The notes under the pieces: generated by a model
What the model saw: only the letters and a program-made list of their open reading frames with translations
Database searches by the model: none
What the model was told of the DNA's origin: nothing
Source of the DNA: Eledone cirrhosa
Lineage: Eukaryota
Direction of reading: 5' to 3'
NCBI GenBank assembly: GCA_964016885.1
Contig: OZ024743.1
Span: 20,336,001 to 20,400,000 of the forward strand
DNA: 64,000 nt
Made by a program: the position numbers and the translations under genes
Shown: positions 27,682 through 40,635 of the stretch, one piece after another
Position numbering within the stretch: position 1 is the first letter of the stretch
Layout: the number at the start of each line of letters is the position of its first letter

Positions 27682-28572
27682 ATCATCATCAGTTTCCTGC
27701 TTGCAAGGGTGGGATGGGTCCTATTCGGCACAGCACCTCTCCACTTGTCATGGTCCTTCATCATCTCCTCTGTGAGGTCTGCTCCCACCAAACCTCGACC
27801 CATGTTTTTTGTGGTCTTCCTCTATTGCATCTTCCTTCTACTGGGATTTCTTGGCACTTCTTTATCCAGCGGTCATCCTCCATGTGCATCACATGTCCAT
27901 ACCATCGCAGTCTTCTCTCCCGCACACTACAACTTATCACTCTTATACACAGTTTCTCTCTCAACTCATCTATGCTTGGTCATTCACGCACATTCAACGG
28001 AGCATGCTTGCTTCATTTCTCTCCAGCCGTCGTATATCCTCTGCAGTTGCTGCCCATGTCTCACTACCATGCAGCATCGTACATCTCACACAGGTATCAT
28101 ATAACTGGCCTTTCGTACGCAGAGAGAAACTCTTCTTTGTCAACAGAGGAAGCGACTCCCTAAACTTCTTCCAACCCGTCATTATTCTAGATACTATGGC
28201 CTCAGAACACCTCCCATGCTAATCCAATCACCTAGGTACCGGAAGCTATCAACTACTTCTATAGAACCCACCTGCATTTGAAAAATGTGTCTATCACTGT
28301 GACTTCTACTGTCAAATTTCCCTGTATATCTACTGTATACGTAGTTTTCCCTACCTGTTAGTTTGCCTGCTATCCCACTACATCTCTTGTGTACACAAGA
28401 TCTGCATCGTGTACATTTTATAGAATTTATGCCAGTTCCTTTTCTACATATCGAACATGGCCATTTCGCTGATGGAGTCAGAGTTTTGTCCTTTTCTACT
28501 CATCAACACTTTTGTCTTAGCTAGGTTCACTCTCAGTCCTCTTGATTCCAACTGCTGTTTCCAGAGCCAGAA
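27682..28572 (-). mobile_element. 5'-truncated, frameshifted RTE LINE, family B
   Basis: GWKKFRESLPLLT...LYDTCVRCTMLHGSETW...RLRWYGHVM; upstream KWPCSICRKG..INSIKCTRC..CVHKRC; TA runs on both sides. Confidence 0.95.
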
Positions 28573-30643
28573 TATATATATATATCATCTCGGGTTGTGA
28601 AATCTAAATGTAAAGATTGACAAAATGAATTGATACACATATTTTGATGTGAATCTTGAAATTTCCATCTAAGAAAACGACTAATCAATTTTTCTATTGT
28701 GCATAGACAGGAAGAAAATATATATCTTTAACATTCATTAAATGTTTGTTTGTTTGTATGAACATTTTGAATGCCATTTTCAGATATGTTTTCGTCTTTA
28801 TGTGGCATAATTCTCCCAATCAATAACATACATTCTTTATTGATATTTATATAGTATTTCTTCCACGATAACTTAAATATTATTTCTCCTAATTCTGACA
28901 TTTAGTTATTTAATGCTATACAATATTCAGATTACTCAATGAAACCTAGTTTTTTCATTTACTAATTTTGCTTCTTTCTGTACATTTTTTTCTTTTTCTT
29001 TTTCTTGGCTAAACACCCTACAGGATACACTTTGATTTTCTTAATTACAATTGTAATGAACAAAATCTTTATCAGTTTTGAACATAATAAGGATAATTCA
29101 CCATATTGAAATATCTCTATTGCATAATTTTAGTCATGTTCACTTAAAAAATTAGATCTTATTTCAAAGAAAATTAGAAAATTTATGTGAAATATATAAA
29201 AGTTTATGTAAAGGATTCTACATAAAAGGAGGCTAATAGCAAGTATTTTTGTAATATTTGAAGGTTTCAAAATGCAACATTACTTAGATGACTTGTTTCT
29301 GATTGCATGGGTTTGAATTCTTCATATAAATTTTGGCTATCATTATTCTAATACAAGTAATATAATTACTATTATGTAAATAATTTTAAAAGTAAGAAAT
29401 TATTAGTTATATATGACAGTAGGTTGCATAATTAGTTAATCTCCATATAAAATCCCTTGCAGTAATTTTAATGTCATATTACAATAATTGGAAATCATTA
29501 GTTAGTGTTATTCAGAATCAAAGGAAAAAAGAAAGTGCCCTAGGCAGTGCCAAAATATGTTAATATTTGCAACATCATGTGAAATCTTGGAAATACATGT
29601 CCAACAATACAATTCAATTTTAATATTTTAAAATATATTAGAATAAAACTTAGTTTCTTCACAACCAGGTAACAGTTAAAATAAAATAATTTTAATATAT
29701 TTCATTGCTATCAAAATTTCATGCAGTTTAAAAGTATTTTCAGGTATTTTAGATTTACCAATAGAAAACATTTAATAATCTAAGAATAATAAATTGAAAT
29801 ATTGACCTATCTGCAAACTTACATTTATTTATTCATATGTTAATAACAAATGTAACTTCATCTCTACCATTTTAACACTTTTATCAGTATTGTTTACCTG
29901 ACCATTATTTTCTTTTCTATTAGACAAATGTTTAGATCTTTAAAAATACATCTTGTATTATTCTTGTTTATAACATATATTCAAAATTGATATATTAGTA
30001 TATATTTTTTATTCATATTAATTTACAACAAATATGGTTTCAATTTGAAAGCCTTAACATTAATATTCTTTTTTTTTAAAAAATCAGTCACAAGAATTCA
30101 TTAGTTTATATTGAATAGCTATGGTAAAAATTGAACTAAGATCAGGTATCCAGTGCCTTAATCCTTTCAGTACTAAACCTCCTGAGAATACTTCTGTTTA
30201 CATCATAAAGACATCTCATTTTAAAGTTTAAATGCATAAAGTAACCATTACTAAAGAAAGTATTACTAAACCTGATCTTTGTTTATATCTTAGAAATATT
30301 GACTACATTTAGTTTAAAGACCATAAAACTTTTGGATTTTAAAGCTATTTTTGTTCAATATGAATGTCCATATTTACATGTACTTCAGGCAACAAATATC
30401 TAGTGTTTGTAAATGACAGAATTAATATGGCTTTTGGTGCTTATCGTTTTTTTTTATTCTTTTTATTTTTCTAAATAACCTACAGTAACTCACTAATACA
30501 TTTCCTTCTAAGTTACTTCAAATATATAAATATATATATTAACATAACAGGTGGTAAAAGAATAAAATGACAGTAGTCCATGATTCTAAGAATCATTCAG
30601 ATATAAGCTGATTTTCATTCTCATTATTCTACTAGCTTCTCTC

Positions 30644-30693
30644 ATCATCATCATCATCATCATCATCGTTTTACATCCATTCTTCCACGCTAG
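30644..30693 (-). mobile_element. RTE extreme 3' end with (CAT)n
   Basis: (cat)n cgttttacatccattcttccacgctagc. Confidence 0.75.
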
Positions 30694-32655
30694 CTAGCTT
30701 CTCTGTTCTCTATATTTATAGACATCTACTCCATAAGTAAGCATAAGTAAGAAGAATACAAAAGCTGAATCAGCTGATACATAGGATTCTTTTCCATCAT
30801 TTACTTGCTTGTCAAATTTGTTTTGTACTTTTACTTTCCCAATAATATCAGCTGGTTCATATATTTTGTACTTTTTCTTTCCAAATGATGTTGGGTTTTG
30901 TTATACATTACTATATTCTCTTCATATGAATACATATCTTGTGTGTACAAGTATATACCTGTCTGTATAATTGCATTTATCTGCAAGTGTGTCAGTATAT
31001 TTATATCTGTACATGAATACTAATAATGTGGAAATTAATACATGAATTTCAGTGACACTACCATAAGGGATAGGGTATATAAACCACTCAGTTACATATT
31101 TCCTTGTGGTTGTTTTGATAATATAGATATTTTCCAATGAAAACCCCAAAACATTACAAAATCAGTTCAAGATATTTTTTCAATTTAATTTTTCAGAGAA
31201 AAACATAAAATTTGACACGTTCATGTCTATATAATCAGTGTAAATTTACACTCACATTTACACAATCTCAGTGAACTCTCTACTGTGTATATATACCTAT
31301 ATATATTTATACATTTGTGTGTATCTGAACGAATATCTTGCATATATGCATCTGAGAGTGTGTGTATGTTTTATAAGTAAATCTATGGCACGAAGCAATT
31401 TTATGTTATATCACCTTTCTCAATAAAAATGTATCATTGAATGCTATAATGAACCAATCATCATATTAGAAAGGAAAATATAAAACAATGTACACTGGAA
31501 AGTAAAGAAAGAATGTTTATAGAAATGTTCTGAATGATTATGACTGGCTAAATAAAGCATGTGTATTTAGAGCTAATGTTTATGTAAAATAAACCTTGAT
31601 ATTAGGTTGCAAATTTCTATATATACATAATGTACAGTTGCTGGAAGATACTATCTTTTACATATCATATTGAATTTTGAAGTCCTAATTTGTTTTAAAT
31701 TCAAAGTTGGGTATTTGTTAAAATATATTTTTTGTAGTAAAGAACGGATAGCAAACAAGATAATAATTACAACATTAAGGGAATATTTTTGTTAGTACAG
31801 TGTTGAAAGGCTCATAATTTTGTATGTTCAAAGAGAAATAATTATTGTAAAATTTTATGAACATAATGAAGAGATGCTTAAGTATGGTTTGAAAAAGTGT
31901 ATACTTTATCATATTAAAAAACATTCTCTTTTACAGAAAATTTACGATTTAAAAAAGAATTTAAAACTGGATATCTTAAAATGTCTGGTATAGGAGAGCC
32001 ACAATATAACATCAAACTATGTTTTATGATTTATAATCTTATTTTATTTTGATACATCAAAATCAACTGCTGATGTTATCAATTACAAAATGAAAATAAT
32101 GCTGTTTTCATATGCAATATTATATGATCAATTGTGGAATGTTACTCTCAGAGCTATTTATTTGGAAATAGCTACATATCCTCTCACAATCTAAGAAGTG
32201 AAAAGTAATTGTGAGAAATTCAGTTAAGAGTTTTATTTAGTCAGCTCTATCTACTGTCCCACTGTTAGAAAAGAGTAGAAATACTGAAAGTATGAATATT
32301 TCAAGTAAGTTGTAGAATTGAAAATTAGCATAATATTAGAATAAAAGTGCTATCACAGGATTTCAATTAATAATCATATCTATAGTATTTAACTGATAAG
32401 GGTTTTTAAAAATGATTTTTCTTAATTAAATAAGATAACTACAATGTTGTATTATTTATGATGTACTAGAATAAAATTAAGATTTCAAATGAAGTATCAC
32501 TTTCTCAGCTTTACTTGTGAATAATAACAAAATGTTCAGTAAAGTGTTCATTAATAATTTGCATCTCACTATTGTTAATTTATTTATTATCTATTTTATT
32601 ACTTAACACAGTGCTGCTATTTTAAATAACTTTAGTTTTCATTTAAGATTACTAT

Positions 32656-32865
32656 ATCATAATTAAAGAACAAATCTTTTTTACTCTCTCAGGTATATAT
32701 CTTATGATAATAATTGTTTCTACTTTAGGCACAAGGCCAGCAATTACCCAGTGCATTACTGGTACTGCACTGGGTAATTGCTGGCCTTGTGCCTAAAGTA
32801 GAAACAATTATTATCATAAGATATATACCTGAGAGAGTAAAAAAGATTTGTTCTTTAATTATGAT
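32656..32865. repeat. Perfect 100-bp inverted repeat with 10-nt loop, containing a SINE family 2 3' end
   Basis: 32656-32755 is the exact reverse complement of 32766-32865; loop ttactggtac. Confidence 0.97.
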
Positions 32866-32873
32866 GATATATA

Positions 32874-33650
32874 TCATCATCATTGTTTAATGACCATTTT
32901 CTACGCTAGCATGGGTTACACAGGTTGTCACATTTGAGGCAATTCATGTCAGGAGACCATGTCTTGCTCATACAGAACTGTTCCTGGTTTGGTTTCTATG
33001 GCTGGATGCACTTCCTAATGCCAATCACATTCGCAGTGTGTCATTGGTGCTTTTTGTCATGACACCAACATGACCACTTTACACTGTGGACTGGGTACCA
33101 TTTATTCTGGCACTGTAATGACCACTTTACTGTGTAGACTGGGCACTTTTTGATGTGGCACCAAAATGACCGACCACTTTACACTGTGGGCAGGTGATGT
33201 AAAGGCGTGGGAGAAGGCTGGGGTGATTAGGATGTGGATGAGTGTTAGGGCATGGGAGGTGTATGGGTGGGCGAGGGAGGATAGGAGTTAAGTGGTGCAC
33301 ACTAAATATTTAGTTCCACCCAAAGATCTTGATTCTATGTCATCACCTTTGAGGGGTGCGATTGTGGAAGGTCAGCCGTTATCACTTCGTCCCAGATTTT
33401 CTTAGGTCTTCCTGCTCCATAGCTTCCATGAACTTTGACTGCCCTGCACCTTTTTATACAGCTGTCATCCATCATACACATCACATGTCCATACCAATGC
33501 AATCTCCTCTCCTGCACACCGCAACTGCCCCCCTTACACCCAGTTTTTCTTTCAGTTCATTTACACTTTTCTGTTCATGTATATTATATCCATCGGAGTA
33601 TGCAGGCTTCATTTCTTTCAAATCTTCGTAGATCCTCTGCACACAGTGCC
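32874..33650 (-). mobile_element. 5'-truncated RTE LINE, family A
   Basis: QERRLHWYGHVMCMMDDSCIKRC...GRPKKIWDEVI; 3'UTR ~45-bp repeats; CAT tail. Confidence 0.9.
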
Positions 33651-33810
33651 TATATATATATAATATATTAGTGCAAGTAGAGGATCTTCCACACAGTGCC
33701 TATATATATATAATATATTAGTGCAAGTAGAGGATCTTCCACACAGTGCCTATATATATATAATATATTAGTGCAAGTAGAGGATCTTCCACACAGTGCC
33801 TATATATATA
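33640..33810. repeat. 50-bp tandem repeat, about 3.4 identical copies
   Basis: taatatattagtgcaagtagaggatcttccacacagtgcctatatatata starting at 33661, 33711 and 33761. Confidence 0.97.
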
Positions 33811-33827
33811 ATGCCAAAACTGCTGAC

Positions 33828-33925
33828 TATGTGATAATTCCTCTTCTTTCACTAATATACACACTGTGTGTTATCATGTATTGAGTACTTCTTTGATTTG
33901 TGGGCTTCCCAGTACCATAGGCTAT

Positions 33926-33983
<58 letters not shown>

Positions 33984-34026
33984 CACACAGTGTGTATATT
34001 AGCGAAAGAAGAGGAATTATCACATA
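33828..34026. repeat. 47-bp inverted repeat (1 mismatch) enclosing unique DNA and (TA)n
   Basis: 33828-33874 versus 33980-34026. Confidence 0.95.
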
Positions 34027-34955
34027 AATAATTGTAAAATTTTATGAACATAATGAAGAGATACTTAAGAATGGAATCAGTAGGGTTTATATATATATAT
34101 ACTGTATAGATTCAAATATAAGCCAAGTAACATGGGACCAAAAAATTGAAGGTAAAATGGGGGATCGGTTTATATTTGGGGTCAATATTTTGATCTTTCT
34201 TCAACAACTTGGAATTCTATGTAAATAAGGTGCTAAAATATCTGGAGTGGTTATTTCACAATGAACAGTTTTTATATATTTACTATAATGCCATGATTTT
34301 TAGTTATGCATTACCTAGAGAATATTCTCAATAAACTTTTATTATCTGAACTTTTTAATACATAAATATCTCCTACACATATGTTCATACATACATTCAC
34401 ACATGCACTGACTGTTTTTCTCTCTGACTTTATTATACTTTTTCTTTCAATCTTGTCCATTGTTTTATTTTGCAAGCTCTCTCCCCCTACTCTTGCTCAT
34501 GCCCTTTCCCTCTCTCTCTGTCCTCTCCCTCTCTCTCTGCCCTCTTTTCTCTCATTTGCTGTCTCTTCCTCCTCCTACTCATCTGAATCCTTAACTTGTG
34601 GTCTCTTCGTTGATATTTTTCAACTATTCCCTAGTCATTTCGATCTGCCCCTAGTAATTTTAATGATCTCTGTAATGGTTTAAGAAAATCTTTTCTTTAT
34701 ATCTTAAATTAAAAATATGTCTCCATTTTTTTAATATTATATTTATTTAAAATTTTCTCATGCTTTTTTATTTTGTAATTATAAAGCAATACTGTACTCT
34801 AAACAACACTTAAAATATTTTAAATATTAAAAGATTAAAACTTCATAAATATTTTCTTCTCTCATGGGAATTTTAGAACTATGCTATAATGTGTTGATTA
34901 GCTGCCAAGATTTATAAATGAGGTTTTAATTTTAGCCCATTTCTCAGATATACAT

Positions 34956-36187
34956 TCATCATCATCATCATCATCATTTTACGTCCGTTCTTCCATGCTA
35001 GCATGGGTTAGACGGGTTGTCCTGTTGTGGGCAATGTCTGGTCGGCTGACCATGCCTTGCTCATACGGGAACTGATTTGGGCTTGATTTCTACAGCTGGA
35101 TGCCCTTCCTAACACCAACCTCATTTACAGTGAGTGCTGGGTACTTTTTTCCGTGGCGCCTACATGTCCACTTTACAGTGTGGTCTGGGTGCTTTTTTGC
35201 CGGGGCACCTCCACGACCACTTTGCAGTGGGAGGGTGTGGGGGCATATTTTCTATATGCTTCAGCTTGTACCCATGGGAGGTCGGGTACTCTGTATTATT
35301 GCGTGACGCCAGAGGTCACGGTCGTGTGTCATCGCCTTTGAGAGGTGCAACTGGGTAAGGTCGGCCCTATCACCTCATCCCAGGTCTTCTTGGGTCTCCC
35401 CACTCCACGGCTTCCATTGACTTCTAGTACTCTGCACTTTTTATGCAGCTGTTATCCTTCATACGCATCACATATCCATACCAACGCATCAGCCCTCCTG
35501 CACACAGCATTTGATTCCTCTGATGCTCAATCTCTCTCTAATTTCATTTATGCTTTGCCGTTCGCGTATATTACTATTAGACAACCATCGGAGCATGCAG
35601 GCTTCGTTTCTTTCTAATCTACGTAAGTCTTCCACCTTCAGCGCCCAGGTCTCACTACCATGTAACATTGCCGTTCGGATACATGCATCATACAGTCTGC
35701 CTTTCATTTTGAGGGAGAAGCCTTTTGCAGCTAGCAGTGGCAGTAGTTCCCTGAACTTCTTCCATCCCATTCTTACCCTAGTTATTGTACTTTCTGAACA
35801 CCCACCTCTGCTGCTAATTCGGTCACCCAGAAGCTGTCTACTGTTTCTACAGAGCTCTTCCAGAGATAGGTGGTACTTGTTTCCTGTGGCTGTTTGCTGC
35901 TTGCTGTCCCAGCACAGCTGCTACATTACATTCTTAATTAAGCTTCCTGAGATCCCGCTACATCTCTTGTGTACCCATTGTTTGCATTTGGGGCAGAGAA
36001 TGGAGTTCCTACCTACACCTTTCCTACATACTGAGCAAGGCCATTTCCCTGAGGGGATCTGGGTTCTGTTTTCTCGTCTACTTACAAGGACCTTAGTCTT
36101 TGTCATGTTGACTTTGAAACCCTTTCTTTCTAGTCCCTGCTTCCAAGTTTGGAATTTCTTCTCTAGTTCTACCATAGATTCAGCTAT
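34956..36187 (-). mobile_element. 5'-truncated RTE LINE, family A (one of the two longest copies)
   Basis: IAESMVELEKKFQTWKQGLERKGFKVNMTKTKV, Cys finger, GWKKFRELLPLL...MLHGSETW; (CAT)n tail; frameshifted. Confidence 0.95.
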
Positions 36188-37109
36188 ATTCAAATCGGTG
36201 TATATTCGAGAATAAATGGTATGTTTTGTCTTTGAATTTTAATCTCCAGTTTTCCCTGGTTTGAATTATTACTGAAAGTTAATGCTACAAAGTGATTGTT
36301 TTTTTGTTTTTTTTAAATCAAATTTCAGTTAAGTTTTAAATTATATTGTCATGAATTATAGTTATATTAGTTTTATTAAAATTAATAATATATTTAAGAG
36401 TATGTTTTGCTATTTGCAAAGGCTCTTAAAACACATATTAAGATAATTCCTTAGAATTGAGGATAAATCCCTTGAAATCGAAAAATTGGACAGAAGTGCA
36501 AGTGATTCTATCCAATATTTTCAGCTTCAAGATGTTATATTCTCAATTTTATTTAACTATATTATAGTTAATATGCATTGTAGTAGTCTTTGCAAAACCA
36601 AGTGATACTCTTAAATTTAAATTTTACTAAATGCTTCTCGATTGTTCTATTATTTACATTTTAATAATATAGTTTATTTATTTCTTCTTAATTAAACTGA
36701 AAAGACGCTAATTTAAATTTAAATTTACAAAAATAGGGAAGAATAAATAATTGAATCTCTTATTTTGATTTCAAGATATATTACCATTACTAATTGTACT
36801 AATGTTGCAAATGTGGATATTTTTGTCTGTTGATTTCCCACTTTGATTTTTTTCTTACCACTATAAACTAGTAGTAGTAGTATGACTGGCTTGTTAAAGA
36901 GATATATAGTGTAATATACACAATAATTGCCATGGGATTTGAGTTTCAGAGAATATGATCAGTTGTTTTACACTCGAGTCTTACTATTGGACTACTGGCA
37001 ATATGCTATTTAACAGGCAACATATAGCTCATAGATTATAAATTCAGATATATTATATTGTAGTGTTTTACTATAAGCATTCATTTCTACTTGTTTTAGT
37101 CAAGTCAAT

Positions 37110-37272
37110 AATGAAACCTCTATGAGGTCACTTGAATTGTTTGCTAAAAATAATCACAATAGCACTAAAATTACATCTTCCTATCTTAAAAAAAGTACAC
37201 AAAAATTGGATGATCAAAGTTGGAATATCATAGATCTACTCAACAGAATTGACCTAGGGCTAAACAACAAGA
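37110..37272 (+). mobile_element. Degenerate SINE-like family 3
   Basis: Ends gacctagggctaaacaacaa, the reverse complement of the 650 and 1972 copies. Confidence 0.5.
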
Positions 37273-38819
37273 TAAAATTGTTTCAGTCTGTCTAACCAAT
37301 ATTAAAAATGAAAAGAATCTAACAAAGGGAAAATAAAATTGAAGTTCAATGATTTCTAAACAATGTTATATTTACGATTTCAATTTACAATTTGTTTTAG
37401 TTGACATCTATTTTCTAATTGGAACAAATGTGGGTTTTACTGTTCTTTTAATATTTCTCAGACAGGAGCCATGCTGTAACACCACTTTTATTTTGTTTAC
37501 TATGCTCATTTTTTTCTTAACATTAATTAAAAAATATTTTGAATATTAGCATGTTCTGTTTAATGTATCCTTAATATCTAGGCGAGGAGCATAAAGTGAA
37601 TTAAATCAATTTTATTTTTATTTTTATTGAGGATATATGATTTTTTAAAAATTCTATCTTTCTTTTTTTTATAGAATATAGAAAATGTGTATACCTAAAA
37701 TTACAAATAGTATATTTTATTTATATAGTTGTTTTAACATTTTTCTTCAAATATCACTTTACAATCAATAACATTACAAGAATATTTGAGCAGTTCTATT
37801 GAAAAATGTGCTTGAAAATTCTGTAAATAATTTTTTGATCCTATTTCTTGTATTTCTTTTAACCTTTTCTGCTCCATTATATTTTGAATCTATTTATAGA
37901 ATTGTTTTCTTTGCCTCTCATACATAGCTTCAAATTTATACACTCTTCTATCGTTTCTTTATTTTCTTCTGCTACATTGCTTCTTTCTTCTCGATTTACA
38001 ATTCACTTTTTTCTCTTATCCTCACTCACTAGTTCCCATTTTAGTTATAAGAAATGTAATGTAATATTATGAGAAACATGTTAAATGTAAAATGATGTGT
38101 ATTTTGTGATAAAATAATTTTAAAATGCAACTTTTTACATATCCTCTTACATTTCAACATATAATATAATATCAATATTTTACTTTCAAAATATACCTTT
38201 TCTTCAGTCTTGATATTATAAACAATATTCTAAAATAATTTAAGATTTTAAATGTAGTCATGTAGAACATGCAAAATTTACCAACTTTAAAGACATTTAA
38301 AAAAATCAAGTAAACAAAATATCTCTCATTATCTAGTTTTAAAATTAGGCTGAAATACTGAAGTACTGTTATAGTTTGGTAGTCTCCTGTGAGAATTTTT
38401 CATGGTTTTACAGTGATTAAACATAAGCATTATTTAGTTAGATTTTTGTCAATGTATTTCACAACATAACTGCAATTTGTTTATTGTCTGAGTTTTTCAA
38501 ATGACCAATTATTATATGTTGTATTTCTACTTTCATTATATTCTTGGTTTTTGTTATTTGTTTTCTTACATGTTGCACCTGTGCGGAAATATATAAATGG
38601 CCTATGGCTGTAAAAACTAACATGTCAAAGATTTAAGGCTAGACAATAAATTTAGAAATATATTAAAGGGTGTCTAGATGAAGGCTGAAAATAAATAGAT
38701 CATAAATGATCCCGAGCATATTCTCTTGTGGTTGTTGTTGTTGTTTCTTTTGGTATTTCTTAGTTATTAATTCATTCATTTTGATTAGGTTGGTAATAGT
38801 TACTATCTGACATGCACAC

Positions 38820-39020
38820 GCATATGAGAAGCCAGTCTCCATTTGATCTGATTGGATCCCCAAGTATGACTAATAGAACTCATGGATGGTATCCAACCAC
38901 CTTGCTCAGGGTCTTCCTCTGGGTTTTCTGCCTCTAAAATCTGTCTACTGATTCTTTTCTCAGACATTCTAACCATGTGTCCATAAATCTTAAAAGACCC
39001 AATTTTCTTAATAGTTTGAA
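38820..39020 (-). mobile_element. Old RTE ORF2 C-terminal fragment (another family)
   Basis: Minus-strand translation ...FKIYGHMVRMSEKRISRQILE, then RGRP..RWLD in an adjacent frame. Confidence 0.55.
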
Positions 39021-39368
39021 CCTGTAGTGGTGGAAAATTCTGCTGTTTCTGATCTTGTACCTACTCAGTGCTATCAGAGTGGAGTTGGCCACCTGCAAGA
39101 GTGGGCCCCATAAATGGGAATCACAATTTCAATGCAATTCTCATGCTATCCTCTGATGTTAGGCTTTCTCCATTCTGTCCACTGGGACAATGAGGCAGCT
39201 TAGGTTTGGGGTTCTGCACTACAGTGAGTGATCTCCAACATTGCCCTGGCTCATGCCATTGGGGTAGTGATTGTATAAGTTACTGTTTATTGTTAGTATA
39301 GAGCTCACTTATGAGAAAACAGAGCTAGTCATCCCAACATTTTGTAGAGCTAGAATTACATTCTATGA

Positions 39369-40048
39369 ATCATCATCATCATCATCATCATCATTTTACT
39401 TCTGCTTTTGCCTGCTTGCAAGGGTGGGATGGGTCCTATTCAGCACAGCATCTCTCCACTTGTCACGGTCCTTCATCATCTCCTCCGTGAGCTTCAGCGA
39501 TCTGAGGTCCGCTCTCACCACCTCTGCCAATGTTTTTCGTGGTCTTCCTCTACTGCGTCTTCCTTTTATTGGGATTACTTGGCTCTTCTTTACCGTGCGG
39601 TCATCCTCCATGCACATCACATGTCCATACCATCGCAGTTTTCTCTCCCGCACAATACAAATTATCTCTTATACACAGTTTCTCTCTCAACTCATCCATG
39701 CTTGTTCATTCATTACGCATCCAACGGAGCATGCTTGCTTCATTTCTCTCTAGCTGTCGCATACCCTCTTCAGTTTCTGCCCATGTCTCTCTACCATGCA
39801 GCATTGCGCATCTCACACAGGCATCATATAACCATCCTTTCGTACGCAGGGAAAAACCCTTCTTTGTCAGCAGAGGAAGCAGTTCCCTAAACTTCTTCCA
39901 ACCCATCCTTATTCTAGATACTATGGCCTCGGAACACCCCACTCCCATTCTAATCCAATCACCTAGGTACCGAAAGCTATCAACCACTTCTATAGAACCC
40001 ACCTGCATTTGAAAAATGTGTCTATCACTGATTTCTACTGTCAAATTT
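39369..40048 (-). mobile_element. 5'-truncated RTE LINE, family B, with 7-bp TSD
   Basis: VVDSFRYLGD...RIRMGWKKFRELLPLL...LRWYGHVM...GRPRKT; tatgaat at 39364-39370 and 40048-40054. Confidence 0.95.
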
Positions 40049-40409
40049 ATGAATATAGGATATTATTTGAAAAAATTGTATTTCCATTTCCAGTAGTCAA
40101 ATAATCATGTAGATGCTCCATGTTAGAGGATACCACTTTACCAATAGATCAGGGTTTTTGTATCATTGATAAATTGATATGGCTTGGACAGGCCCACGAA
40201 AAGTGAATGTATTGTAGAAAAGAGATTTTCCAAAGTACATAAGTTAAATTATCTAGGTTAGCCACAGAAACTATATTTCTATCTGGATCACAATGTTGAA
40301 TTTTCACTAAAAACCTTGATAAGGAGCTAGATGGAAAATACATTATAGAATGCACACTGAACCAACTAATATCTATATTGTAATGTTCTCAAGATAACAG
40401 CAACTCTAA

Positions 40410-40635
40410 CTACACTCTTGCAGAAGTAAAGATTGATTAATTCACCACATGCTTTTATGTGGATCAACACAGAGAAAGAAAGCAAGGAAGATCTGCAGTG
40501 ATGTACATTGAATAGTTGAATGCATCACTGTCATGAGCCATGGAGTTTTCCCAGTTGCAATAGAAAACAAGGATCAGTGAATAGTGATTGTCAATGAAAC
40601 TTAATCCAGATTGAACTGATGATGATGATAATGAT
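40410..40635 (+). mobile_element. Old RTE 3' end with (GAT)n tail
   Basis: RKQGRSAVMYIE*L...FPVAIENKDQ*IVIV followed by gatgatgatgat. Confidence 0.5.

Noticed and set aside
27390-28163. 257-aa + strand ORF (also 35511-36215 and 39271-40012)
   Set aside because: Antisense shadows of minus-strand RTE coding sequence, with no independent protein signal.
33640-33810. CRISPR-like appearance of the repeat
   Set aside because: Units are identical head-to-tail with no unique spacers, and the context is eukaryotic.
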